Below are positions 1 to 11,249 of a stretch of 64,000 bases of DNA, one piece after another. Every line of letters starts with the position of its first letter. Within the stretch, counting starts at the first letter, position 1. Position numbers and translations under genes: made by a program. The stretch covers positions 62,001 through 126,000 of the forward strand of contig NW_021832844.1 in NCBI RefSeq assembly GCF_006345805.1. Direction: 5' to 3'. The notes below the pieces were generated by a model. The model saw nothing but the letters and a program-made list of their open reading frames with translations. It was not told the DNA's origin and did no database searches. Source of the DNA: Octopus sinensis (Eukaryota).

Positions 1-283
1 GGATGGGATAGTTTCTAAATTCTATAAGTCTTATATGGAAAGACTGAAGTTGGATGCTTCCACTAGATCGTATATACAATCGCTGACAATTAAGAAGACA
101 TTGGAGGCCATGCTTGTTGAACATAAACATGGAGTGGAAATTGAAAAACATGAGGAACAAGTTTCGAGAGCCACCAACCACCTCCTAAAATTGGCTAGAG
201 AAACAACAGATCCACTAGATTTGCCGGAAGATGTGTCTCATGTGTCATATGAAGTGTTAGAGGAGGAGAATTATACAGATTAG
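1..283 (+). mobile_element. 3' end of R4/Dong-like RLE non-LTR retrotransposon ORF
   Basis: Frame reads DGIVSKFYKSYMERLKLDASTRSYIQSLTIKKTLE; YIQSLTIKKTLE is shared with the RLE element at 51440-52830. Confidence 0.65.
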
Positions 284-341
284 TTAGTTATTAGTAACTA
301 AAGACGTTAATTTATAATAAGGCTTTAGTTAAAAAATAAAA

Positions 342-1313
342 TTAAACAACTCCCCGTCGCCGGTTGTTTAGCCAGACGGTATTCTTGGTATGACTAACAA
401 GCAACATAAAGGAAAGCTAAAAATGATTAAAAAAGTACCAATATGAATATATATCCCCCAAGAATGCCAATAATATACCACCGATACTTCATAAACAGTT
501 GTTTAAACTTAGTCAGACACCCCACGTGATAGTACTTGGAAATTTCCCCGTTCATCTGCCTCAGTCACCCCAATAATACCCTGACTCCATTCCCACACTC
601 CAAGTCCTGTTTGTCGACAGTACAACACGAAAAGGGCACTCCTCCACGCTCTTTCGCCAGATTGTCGAGTTGTTGACTAAAATATATGTTTTTATCCCAG
701 TCTTCGGGGTCGTTGAGACCACAACAGTGAGCCTGTCTCTCTCAAAAAATCAAAAAAAAAACGAAGGATTGAATCGAGTCGATAATGTTCCTCAAATTGG
801 CATCATCCTGGTACTTCTCCACAATAAAGGACATTTTCCCGCCAATGTTGAGTTGATTGAAGTACTGGGAGACTTGGGGAATGGAGACGTAGACAGACAC
901 GAACAGGAAAATGAGGATAATTAAAGATAACAACACTTTCAGACACTTTGAGAACTAAAACCAAATAAAAAAGAGAAAAAATACAATTCTGATGAGTTTT
1001 GTGTTTTCTCTGAGCACTCCAAAACAGCCAATGCTATTCACGACTAGTCCAATCAGAAGGAGAGCCACAAAAATGCCCCCGGGATATGCCAGGATGGATA
1101 TAATGGCAGAAGTCGACTTTATGCTCAGATTGTTGACTGTGAGGACGAGGGAGTACAGTCCGGCAGAGAGGAGTAGTACAGCAATGATCTATTTGAGAAG
1201 GTTTCCCTTACCTGGATAGTGCTGAGGACGATTACTATGAAGGTTTTCTCCAGGTTCCATTTTGTTAGAAGCTTCATTATTCTCTGGCGGAGATTGGAGA
1301 TATAAATATCCAT
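342..1313 (-). CDS. Tetraspanin (TspanC8-like), multi-exon
   Basis: GCFGVLRENTKLI after TM2; EC2 motifs CCGLNDPEDWDKNIYF and GVPFSCC; C-terminal TM segment; micro-introns. Confidence 0.88.
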
Positions 1314-1620
1314 TTTTCGTAAAAACCACATTCAAAAGAGATATATACAAAGCAAGCCACAGCTAAATTGTTTGTTGGATTATTTGAGATTATTTTTAAT
1401 ATCATTTGATAATAAAATTTGGAATTATTAGATTATTACGATGCTGATTCTCGCTTTGGAAGTTGTTTGAATTTTGTGTCCACTAAATGATTTAGATATG
1501 GCGGGAAAACATTTTATTTTAATAAAATTGAAAAATATTTTATATTATTAATTAATAGATATAAAAATAATTAACTAAAATTTATTTTAAAATAATAGAA
1601 ATAAAAACCCGCTATTTGTT

Positions 1621-2576
1621 ATGATGGAAGGACTGTTTTCGTCAATTCTCGACACCACAAAATTGGGAGCTCTAATAAAGCCACTGACCATAAAAGACGT
1701 GTGTCCTCACTCCTAATGCTTAGTACGCACATGTGGTAATAACACAAGACGGCCTAAGACTGACAGCCGACGACTGTAAAAGTGTCCAAATTAATGCATA
1801 TATCAATCAAGACTTATTTGAAGAATATCAATTAAAAATAGATAAAATTCAATTTATAATTAATATATCAATTTTAATAGTATGTTAAGTAATACATTTT
1901 AGGATGTCCTCTCTGTGTGTGACTCCCTCCACAGTGGGGATGCCGTGGTGTATGTCCTCTTTGGTCTCCCTCAACTGGGCTGTCCCTTAAAACTCCAGTT
2001 TTTTTGACTTTCCCGAATAATGGTAGGACCACAGTGGGCGGGAAAGAAGTCGAATGTAATCTGGGGACATATGACCCAACAGCCTTCGCAGTCCTCGACT
2101 TTAACACGGAGGAAACAGTGGCTAAACTAATCATGAAGGTATGTCTGGCCAATCCTCACTGACAGACCGAAGTACTGGAAGAAGTCCTCTCAGATCTGGA
2201 CAGTTCCTTCGAGTTTATCATATTTTCTGTCGACTGTGAGTCCCTGAGGGTGTCCCTCGAGTCCCCAGTGGCCACATTGACAGTAAATAGGGCTGTCATG
2301 TCTTAGTGGTCCACAACACAGCAATTCGAGGTGTGTCACGTGACTAGACCATTGATGACCAGGTTAGTCCTCTCTCCCTACTCAGATTTCGTTGTGGCAA
2401 GTTCAGGGCAGTGGAGCGGGCCTTTGCCTGTGCTTATAAAGTGTCGATGAGGTTGGATTCTGAGGGGTTTATGTGTCTTCAATTTTTGGTGGATTTTTTG
2501 GCGGGAAAATCTGCATTTTTGGAATATTATGTAACACGTGGGTGGTTATTTGTAGTTTTGTCCTTGTTGTGATTGA
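1621..2576 (+). CDS. RAD1: 9-1-1 checkpoint clamp subunit RAD1, 8 exons
   Basis: Removing GT-AG introns 1699-1723, 1880-1902, 1998-2026, 2139-2165, 2283-2306, 2363-2385 and 2531-2555 gives an open frame with KSVQINAYINQDLFEEY and YKVSMRLDSEGFMCLQF...LEYYFCP, collinear with RAD1. Confidence 0.9.
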
Positions 2577-2672
2577 TTTAGTTATTTTTGTTAATAAATT
2601 GAATTTGATTTGATTAATTTAAAAATAATTAAATAGATTATATTTGTGGTCTTTCTGTTGTGGTTATACGTT

Positions 2673-3487
2673 ATGGAAGGTTATCATTAATAAGTGATTG
2701 TACAGACGGGAACAGAACCTTTGAATCAGTCTACAGCAAGACTTCCAATGACCTGCAAGCCTTCCGTCAGCAAAGTACTGAATATGTCTATATTCCCCAG
2801 TGCAGATAATGAGGGACATTATGGACCAAATCCAGCAACAGCCTGACGACCTGAGGCTCCAAAGTGACCTGTACTGCTATATATCCTCACCCATAGGAAA
2901 AAGCAGAAAGGGAGGGGACTTGTTCTCGTCAACCGAATAACCGACAACCTGAAGGTCCTCAACGCGGAGTCGTCCTCAGCCTCCCCGGAACTGGCGGTTG
3001 TGTGTTATTGGTGACCCTCAGAAACGGTACAAACACCAAAGCGAAAGTCTGGTGAACGAATTTACCAAATCGCTGGGAAATTTCCAGCAATTTCAGCGCC
3101 AATTAGTACATGTAAACCAAGCGCGGGAAAAGGAATATCAGCATCAAGTAGTGACGACAGTGGATAGGGATACGTCGGAGATTGAGGCAGAGAATGTGTT
3201 TCAGTTGGAGAGGGACATTGGGGACGTGAATATGATCTTTAAGAACCTGGCAATGATGGTGCACGAGCAGGGGGCAGTCATTGGTATGAGTGGGGGTGAT
3301 TGTAGACACCATCGAGTCCAACATTGAGGACGCCAACGAGGATGTGTATCGGGGCAATATTCAGGTCTCCCATGCCAGGGAGTATAAGAAGAAATATTAT
3401 CGGAAATGTGTGTGTCTTATTTCCTGCGTGCTTTTGGTCGTCTTGATTATTATCATTTATTTTGTCGTCAAATATAAAAAGAACTAA
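2673..3487 (+). CDS. Syntaxin-7/12-like Qa-SNARE, 6 exons
   Basis: SNARE motif [34 protein letters not shown] plus C-terminal TM; introns 2680-2705, 2775-2800, 2871-2896, 2997-3021, 3284-3305 keep the frame. Confidence 0.92.
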
Positions 3488-3596
3488 ATTATTAATTTTC
3501 TTTATCAAATATTGTTGGTTATTGGACTAGTTTTAGAATTTATTAGTGAGATGACAGTCAATTTAGTATTGCTTTAATTAGGTATAATTTAATTAG

Positions 3597-4320
3597 TCTG
3601 CTGCTCGAGTCGTCCAACCAGCACCGCCGCGCTTGCCTTCTTTCGGCAGCATCCCGGCTAGTGGAGCTTGGCTTTGTGCATTCCCGAACGCCCCATCTGG
3701 CACTCTCCTTGACCATGAAGTGGTAAGGATCGGAGTCTCTCTGCGCCTCGGGCTAAGGCAATGTGTCCCGCACACGTGCTGCTGTGGCTGCACTGTTGAC
3801 CTTTTCGGTCTGCACCCTTTATCGTGCAAGAGGAGTGCCGGACGTTTCCCGAGGCACTCTGCTATGAACGAAATCATACGGAGGGCCCTCGACTCGGCGG
3901 GATTTCTTTCGGTTCTTGAACCACCGGGTCTTGACCGCGGTGACGGGAAACGTCCTGACGGGATGACCCTTTTCCCTTTTGAGGGCGGAAAAGGTCTCGT
4001 AGGATGCAACCTGCTGGGACACTTTTTCTGCTTCACATCTAACCTCGTGTGCTCTGGAGGGTAAATCAGCTTTTAATAAGGCTGAAGATTTAAAGCTTTC
4101 CAAATATTCTGCCCTTTCGGAAAAGTTTTTTGTGGTGCCGATAGCGGTGCTCTTGGTACGAAGACGTAAAAGTTCCTCCGCAAGCTCGGAGCCAAAATCT
4201 CAATGCGCACTCACGATCCTCTGGAGGTGGACTGGCTATTGCAACGGTTCTCGATCGCCGTTATCCGGGGGAACAGTTTGGCGATCCGTTAGGTCTCTGG
4301 CCTTCCCTTCGATTAATCGA
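3597..4320 (+). mobile_element. 5'-truncated CRE-clade (RT-RLE) non-LTR retrotransposon, frameshifted
   Basis: [37 protein letters not shown] motifs; long identical runs shared with the copy at 26410-27660. Confidence 0.85.
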
Positions 4321-4366
4321 TATTAATTGATAAACTTAACAAATTTAATTAGTATATTTAAAATTA

Positions 4367-5130
4367 ATGATTGGCTGCATTGCACGTCGTGGTGCACATT
4401 CAGTCATTTCTAATAAATGGACAGTAATGACTGCAGTATGTCTAGAGAAAAGACCTACCATAACTCCCCAACCCACAAAACACGAAAAGAAATTTGCCGA
4501 GTTGATGAGTCAAGTCGAACTAAGCAAAAGTCTTTTATCTGACTTTGAAATGAAAACAGCCGAACAAGAGTATTGAATAACCTCAATTAACCAGAGAAAT
4601 ACTAAAAAACAAGTCCCCCGACGACAAAAACAGAGAAACAGTCACCAACTTTGACCTTGAGGAAATTTGGACTGCCGAATTATCAGAATTTAATACAAAA
4701 TATGATAAAAGTACAAACCACGTGACTAAAATAGACCCACGTGACAGATCTGATTTGAAACTGTTTTATGCAACCAGAGACAGATCTGAAGGACCCGAGA
4801 ATTGGAGGTTCCCTGCAGTGACCAACGAGGCAGGGGAGACCCTTCGAATGGTAAGTGAGGCCTGGTAATTCGATTGGCCGCGGAAAGATGCCTCAAGTCT
4901 ATTTTGGGGGAAGATTGTTCGACTCAGGTGATGGGGAATGCCCCCTGTGCTTTCTACGGTGGGGAGGGGACTAAGGTGGGCATCCTTGTTTGTTGTAGGT
5001 GTTTGTAATGAGGGCTGTGTTGATTGGACAGGTGGAGGATTCGGGACAGTGGAAGACGAGAGAGGAATTATCTGTGCAGATGAGTCAATCATATTGGACT
5101 TGTGTCGGGGATTGTGTCATTGATGTGTGA
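4367..5130 (+). CDS. MRPL46: Mitochondrial ribosomal protein L46
   Basis: AVCLEKRPTIT...ELSKSLLSDFEM and WRFP...GETLRMAAERCL...MGNAPCAFY after removing micro-introns; one acceptor near 4876 reads TG (probably a lost base). Confidence 0.85.
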
Positions 5131-5329
5131 TGGACTAATGATATCATTTTTTGTTCTTATTTTTTTTGTCTATAAGAATACTTCTCGTGCATGATTATCT
5201 TCACTTGTCTGAACTAAGTTGATTGGATTGTCAGAATATTATCTATCTTCTGTAGTTTCAGGCATTTTACAGCACAATTAGTCAGTTCTTTAGACAGGTT
5301 GTTTGGGAAAATATTAAATATGTATTTAC

Positions 5330-5790
5330 ATTTGAAAACACATTATGGAGTTAAAAAAATAGAGGATTCGCTGACAACTATTTTTACTATTAAAAGATCT
5401 ATTATTCCAAAATTTTGTGTTTATTATATGACGTGTATTCAAATTCAAACGCATTTTTTAAGCGGGAGCTCCGAGAGAGGTGAATATATTTTTAACGTAC
5501 TTAATATTTATTCAAAATTTTGCTTTCCATTAGCAACTAATTCGAAGCAAGCATTTATAATTTGCTCTTTTTTAAGATTTATTGTATAATTTTGGATTCA
5601 TCCAATATTCCAATCAGACAACGGTTAAGAATTCATAAATAAAACAGTTACTTTATTATACAAAGAATTCATCATTTTGGAGAAGTTAAGCCGTCCAGAC
5701 CAGACCCAATCACAGAGTCAAATTGAAAGGTGCCACTAAACGTCAGCGGGTTGATTACAAAAAAATTTTATGATAGAAAATCAAGAATGG
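5330..5790 (+). mobile_element. Degenerate Ginger/GIN-like DDE integrase remnant
   Basis: HYGVKKIE (H2C2 region), FQSDNG-EF, and a decayed RP..PQSQSQIER motif with stops. Confidence 0.55.
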
Positions 5791-6000
5791 TCTACGAGCC
5801 TTGATTCAGTTGTCTATACATGTAATATAAGTATTCATTCACTAACAAAAAAGTCATCGTTTACTATATTTTACCTTAATAAAGATTAAAATAAATTAAT
5901 GCGGAATTAAAGTGACTTTACATTTTATAATGTTTAAATATTGATGAAAATAATTAAAAAAATCAACCTTGAATTTTGAGGATGACTATGTTTTTTAAAG

Positions 6001-6870
6001 TTAAAAATTTGTTAAAAAGTGAGTAATAATATCAAAATCTTGGCAGCCTAGGTGGCCCAAATTTTGGGGTAATGAGAGGGCTTGTGAATAAATAATGTTT
6101 GATTGGTGATGGAGGTTTGCGGCCCAGAAGTATTCGAAATTGGAGCTGAAAGAAATGGAATGATGAAGAGAATGGCTAAAATTATAGGTTCCAAAAGAGT
6201 ATGGAACATTCGGACGGAGACGGACCTGTTTTGGGAAACAACACCGATTAAAATTGAAATGAATGTCTTCAGCCAAGGGGTAGATAAAATTCGGCCGGAA
6301 ACGAACTCTTTTACTTAATAAGCTGTACAAATTTGTCCGGAAAGAAAGGGGATTGCCCCAGGAGTGAGGAATATTCGGCAGAAAAGGACTGCTGTTATAC
6401 CAGGGGAAGCGGAAATATGGGTGGCGAAAAATTTGGGTAAGAAAAAATTCGAAGTTAGAAAATCGGTTTCTTAGGAGGTTGAAAACCGGGTATAGTTGAA
6501 CCAACTCCTCCGAGGTGACGGGTTCTGAATTAGATTGAACATACCAGGGCAAATTTTGGTTAGGATTAAGTAAGGGAACTCTATCTGATAGGTTTCGTCT
6601 AACGATTTCCCGCCAATTTCTGCCAAGAACGATAAAATTTCCAGAAGGGCGGCTTGACATTGACATAAATGCAAGTCTGTGCCGATTACGAGTTCTCCTC
6701 AAGTTTCTCAAAGCTCGGCGGCGATGGCGGATATTGGGTTCTACAATACCCCAACAGTATCGGAAAATATGATAGTTTGAGAGAGTTTGATTTTGTAGGT
6801 TTCGGAAATTGAGTGTCCGTCGAAGGCTGCAAGGCTGGAATTTGTGATATTCTCCGAATTCTAATTTAAT
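6001..6870 (-). CDS. Orphan intronless ORF (about 290 open codons)
   Basis: 236-aa ORF in track; the frame stays open upstream to about 6870; basic stretch RHRRRALRNLRRTRNRHR; no family recognised. Confidence 0.35.
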   Translation of the reverse strand: MKLEFGEYHKFQPCSLRRTLNFRNLQNQTLSNYHIFRYCWGIVEPNIRHRRRALRNLRRTRNRHRLAFMSMSSRPSGNFIVLGRNWREIVRRNLSDRVPLLNPNQNLPWYVQSNSEPVTSEELVQLYPVFNLLRNRFSNFEFFLTQIFRHPYFRFPWYNSSPFLPNIPHSWGNPLSFRTNLYSLLSKRVRFRPNFIYPLAEDIHFNFNRCCFPKQVRLRPNVPYSFGTYNFSHSLHHSISFSSNFEYFWAANLHHQSNIIYSQALSLPQNLGHLGCQDFDIITHFLTNF

Positions 6871-7869
6871 TTTGAATTTTTTGTCACAAATAATGTTATT
6901 TTAATAGACAATAGTCTCATTTTTATAATAAATATATTGAATAATTATATGTTGTCTAATAATTGGTAATACATTGAAAATAATTTCCTTACTAAATACA
7001 ATGCTCGACAACAAATGCGAAATATTTAAACACTTTGTCAAATAGGCTGTAATAAGGTTAAACTCATTTATTTTACAATTCTTTTGTCATACTTTGCGAG
7101 TGATATATGAGAGGTAAAAAATATATAATTCTTAATCGGAGGTCTCAATCACCGACTTCAATCCAATTGAGCAGCATCTTTGTGTAATGATAAAAACAAA
7201 ATGATAGCAAAATCACCCAATAAATTATGAAATATTTTTAAAATAACATTATTTTGTATATAAAAATCAATACAGAAAGAATTATAAAATTTAGTTATGT
7301 CAATGAAAAGAAGTATGGAAGTTAATGAGATAGGTGGAGGAATATCAACATATTAAATTTTAATTTGTTTGATTAAAATAAACAACTAATTTTTTTAATC
7401 CTAAAAATTAATATACTTTTGGTTAAAATAAATTTAATAAAAAAATGAGTTTAAATATTAAAAAATAATTGTACAAAATTAAATTATATTTTTATGAGTA
7501 AAAAGTAGAATTTTCATTGTTGGGCACTGTATATACACAACGTACAAAGACAGTTTAGGATTTACATGTGATGAAAACACTAACTCTATTTGGGCCTGGT
7601 TAAATAACCGCTTAGCTGATTGAGTCGAGTGTGCTACGATTAAATAGTATTTACTAATTAAATGAACTTTTTAAAAGTGCAGCTATGTGATTTTGTTTAA
7701 ATTCTGGAAATGAGATTGTGATAATTTTGTATTTTCGTTGTATTTTTAAAATACTTATCTTATACACTTGACCTTCGCAAATTGGCCAATGTTTAATATT
7801 GGCTACGATTTTGAATTTATTTTTTAATACGAATTTTTTAGAAATATAAAGATTTAGTTAAACATGTCT

Positions 7870-8010
7870 TCTAATTGTCTTCAGGAAGAAAATGATGACA
7901 TTTCGTGCTAGAGATTCGCTGATAGATTCACAAGCATATTCCGAGAGACAATATCAAGAAAAACAATAAATTATTAGAAACTCAAAATCTTATAAGAAAT
8001 TAAAGTAAGA
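7870..8010 (+). mobile_element. IS630/Tc1-like HTH transposase remnant
   Basis: QEENDDISC-RFADRFTSIFRETISRKTI resembles the HTH region of IS630-like transposases. Confidence 0.3.
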
Positions 8011-8689
8011 AATACGGTCTTTTTACAAAAATTGCATAGAAAGACGTATCCGAAGAGACGATCAGAAATTGCTTAAAAGCTTTTAACAACTCCGATAACA
8101 GCATTCTTGAAATTGATATTAATGATACAACAATCAGAAAGACAGAAATTCTCGATCATCTCAAAATTAAAGATTTTTTAAGCATTGAATATTTCTTTAA
8201 AAGATTCAGAAAATAGTGAACATGAATCTAAAAACAAGGCATGTTGACGAAGTTAATAATTCACTTTGTGTTAATTTCCCCGATGTTGATTACATATATA
8301 AAATAAGTTCTCTAAACAGAATAAATTTCTAATAAATAAATCAAAACACGAAATTGTTTAAATTTTTTTAGAAAATCGATTTCAAAAATATTTACGATCT
8401 GGTAATTAGAAATCGAGCTAGTGAATAAAATCACATATTGAATTTTGGAGTATTGGAAAGTAATTGGTTTAGAAATCAAATATTTCATTACGTAAATTAT
8501 AAGCAAAATAAAAGGACAAGTAGAAGACTAAATGAATCTATAACTTTCTCAAATTTCTCCGGAACTTTTTTGAATATTATATCCCAAAATAAAAGAATGA
8601 GACGATATTGTATTCTCCCGTAGAAAGGCCATTAAAAATATTTTAATAAATAACTTAAAATTTAAATAAATAGGATCAAGACTGTGTGA

Positions 8690-9909
8690 ATGTTAGTGTG
8701 CCCTCATTTTAGTTATATTAGGCAGGAAAATGAATCTCCTTCCGCAAACAAAGAGGAGAACTACCAATTCATCAAACCAATCGGAGAAGGCACATTCTCG
8801 ACAGTCTATTTGTGTCACCATCGTACAAAAAACGTGGAATTCGCCATCAAAAAGTGCAGCAAAGCTACCATAATAAAGAAAAAAGCAAACAAACACGTTC
8901 TAATGGAGAAGAATATCCTCACCAAAATAAACAACCTTCATCCTCTCATTATAAACCTCGTCGAAACCTTCCAAAGCCCCGAATTTCTCTTTTTTGTGTT
9001 CGAATACTGCAAAAACGGGGACCTCCTCGAATTGATTGAGAAAAGATGGCCACTTTCCGCGGATTCCGTGATTTTCTACATCCTCCAGGTCGTCTCTGCC
9101 CTCGAGTTTATTCACGGATTGAACATTGTCCACAGAGACCTCAAACCCGCCAACATCCTCCTCGATTCCAACATGAATGTCAAACTCTGTGATTTCGGAT
9201 CCGCCACAATCCTCCCCAGGAGTGTCAATTTGAAGTGGGCAAATTATCCCGGAGGTCAAGTTTTGTGGGGACAGCGGAATATGTGTCCCCCGAGGTATTG
9301 AAGGGTGCCCAAGTGGATCATCGATGTGACCTGTGGGCTTTGGGGTGTCTGGTCTTCCATTTGGTGGTGGGCCATCCTCCTTTCCGGGGGTACTCCGACG
9401 TGGGGGTGTTCTCCAAGGTGGCCAGATGTGCCTTCCTCTTCCCCGACCAGTTCGACGTCATCGAGGAGGATGTCCATGACCTTATTTCCTCCCTCATTGT
9501 CCTCGACCCATTTCAGAGACTTGGGGGAGAACAGTCGGGAAATTTGGCGGGAATTCGTGAACATGGATTTTTGAAGTTTTTTGATTGTTTTTCGACGTCT
9601 CCCGAACTGAGGGACCCTTCCGAGGGGGTTGGACAAGATTTGTATGTCGAAAAGGGGTTTATGGTCAGAAGTAATGTCAAAATAAAGACCCTCAACCCAA
9701 TTTCGGGGACTCCAGGACTCCTACAAATATCATCCCCCCACCGGACTAAGCAAGTCCTTATAAATGTTAGACATGCGAGAGTACAGGCTGAATGTTCTGT
9801 CTTGGTGAGTATGGAAGATTATCAGTTTCAAATTCTCTGTCCATCAGCTGATTCGGCTCAGAATGTTGTTGATTATATTAATGGAAAGACTGATTATATA
9901 CCATTTTAA
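8690..9909 (+). CDS. PDPK1: 3-phosphoinositide-dependent protein kinase 1-like
   Basis: IGEGTFSTV, HRDLKPANILL, DFGSA, RRSSFVGTAEYVSPE, DLWALGC; frame discontinuity at about 9222-9254. Confidence 0.85.
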
Positions 9910-9964
9910 TATATTTCGAAGGATATATTTAATTACTTAATAAATTTTACATGTGTATTTGAAT

Positions 9965-10477
9965 ATGTCGTCCACGTTGTACGAAGATATTTTCGACATT
10001 AAAGAAATGCAGCAAAAGAAGTTCGAGAACGGTGAAGTGTGCTTATATATAGTCAGTCTCGAGATATAATTGTGAAAGCGAGTCATTCAAGTCCGACTTG
10101 TTAATAGACATAAACACACAAGTGTTCCCCCTCGAGCAAGGTAGAGTCCACGTTTTCAAAAAAGGAAACAAATTCCGTCTCTCCTCACGACGACACTGAG
10201 AGACGATGGTCTCCCCCACAAGGCGGACTACACCTCCCTCCCTCAAAACTCCGAATGGACGCATTCGAGTACGTCATGTACGGAAAGGTGTACAGAATCG
10301 ATGTGCAGGGGACTGAACAAAACCCCAAATTGTGTATTTCCTGAGAGTGTGACTGCCAGGTCGGTCTACGTGTCTTATGGAGGACTACTCATGAGGATAT
10401 CTGGGGATGCCAGTAGTCTCAATTACTTCAGGACTGACATGCGAGTCTACCTCCTCCTCAAAAGACTTGCATTTTAA
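9965..10477 (+). CDS. POLR2H: RNA polymerase I/II/III shared subunit RPB8
   Basis: [55 protein letters not shown]; introns 10032-10056, 10141-10164, 10332-10359; two 1-bp deletions in C runs. Confidence 0.93.
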
Positions 10478-10689
10478 TTTTGTTTATTAAATTCAGTTTT
10501 TTATTAGCTGACTATTGGCAGTGAATAAAACATGTCTATTTTTAGAAGTGAATCACTATTAACTAAGCCCCGGTTAAAATTAAATATTGTTGTATTTAAT
10601 TTTAAAGATATTTTATTGTAGTTACGAAAATAAACTCTATAAAATATTTTTAAAATAAATAATGTACATTTACTTCTAAAGATAATATC

Positions 10690-11240
10690 GTCTATTGCCA
10701 AAATAACTTTGTTCAAAAAGGATTCAGGAAGGGACAAGGTACACGTGACAATATAGCAAATGTCTGATGGATTATAAAGAAAGCCCATGAATTCCTAAAA
10801 TAAATGTGCTTTATTGAATATTGGAAAGCTTTTGATTCCGTTATACACAAGTTGTAATCCGCTGTAAAAGAACTTGGATTGCTCATCAAATCTCTTTATT
10901 GGGACCAAGAAGCTACTATTAGAACAAAGTATGGAGACATCGAATGATTTAAAATTGATCAAAGGGTAACACAGAACTGCTTTTTATTTTATTCAATGTG
11001 TATTCCAAAATATCTAAATTGGATACTGTCGAGACGAAAATTGAAGGAAGAACATTGAGAATTTGCGTTATGCTGACGACACAACGCTACTGGCCGAAAC
11101 GGAGGATGGCCGAGTTGATTCTACAAATCATAGAAGAGAACGCCTTTTTTGTTTACTGCTAAATGTCAGTAATGCTAAAACTGCCAATAATGGAAAATTC
11201 GCTTACGAGATCTTCAAGGGTCGGACACGACTTAATTGTT
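10690..11240 (+). mobile_element. Degenerate RTE-clade LINE (RT remnant and 3' end)
   Basis: KAFDSV, LYWDQEATIRT, NLRYADDTTLLAE; 3' motif GTCGGACACGACTTAATTG. Confidence 0.75.
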
Positions 11241-11249
11241 TTTGTTCCA

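Noticed and set aside
3819-4103. Minus-strand ORFs over CRE copies (also 26910-27395, 35966-36672, 54651-55025)
   Set aside because: Antisense shadows of GC-rich RT-RLE coding sequence.
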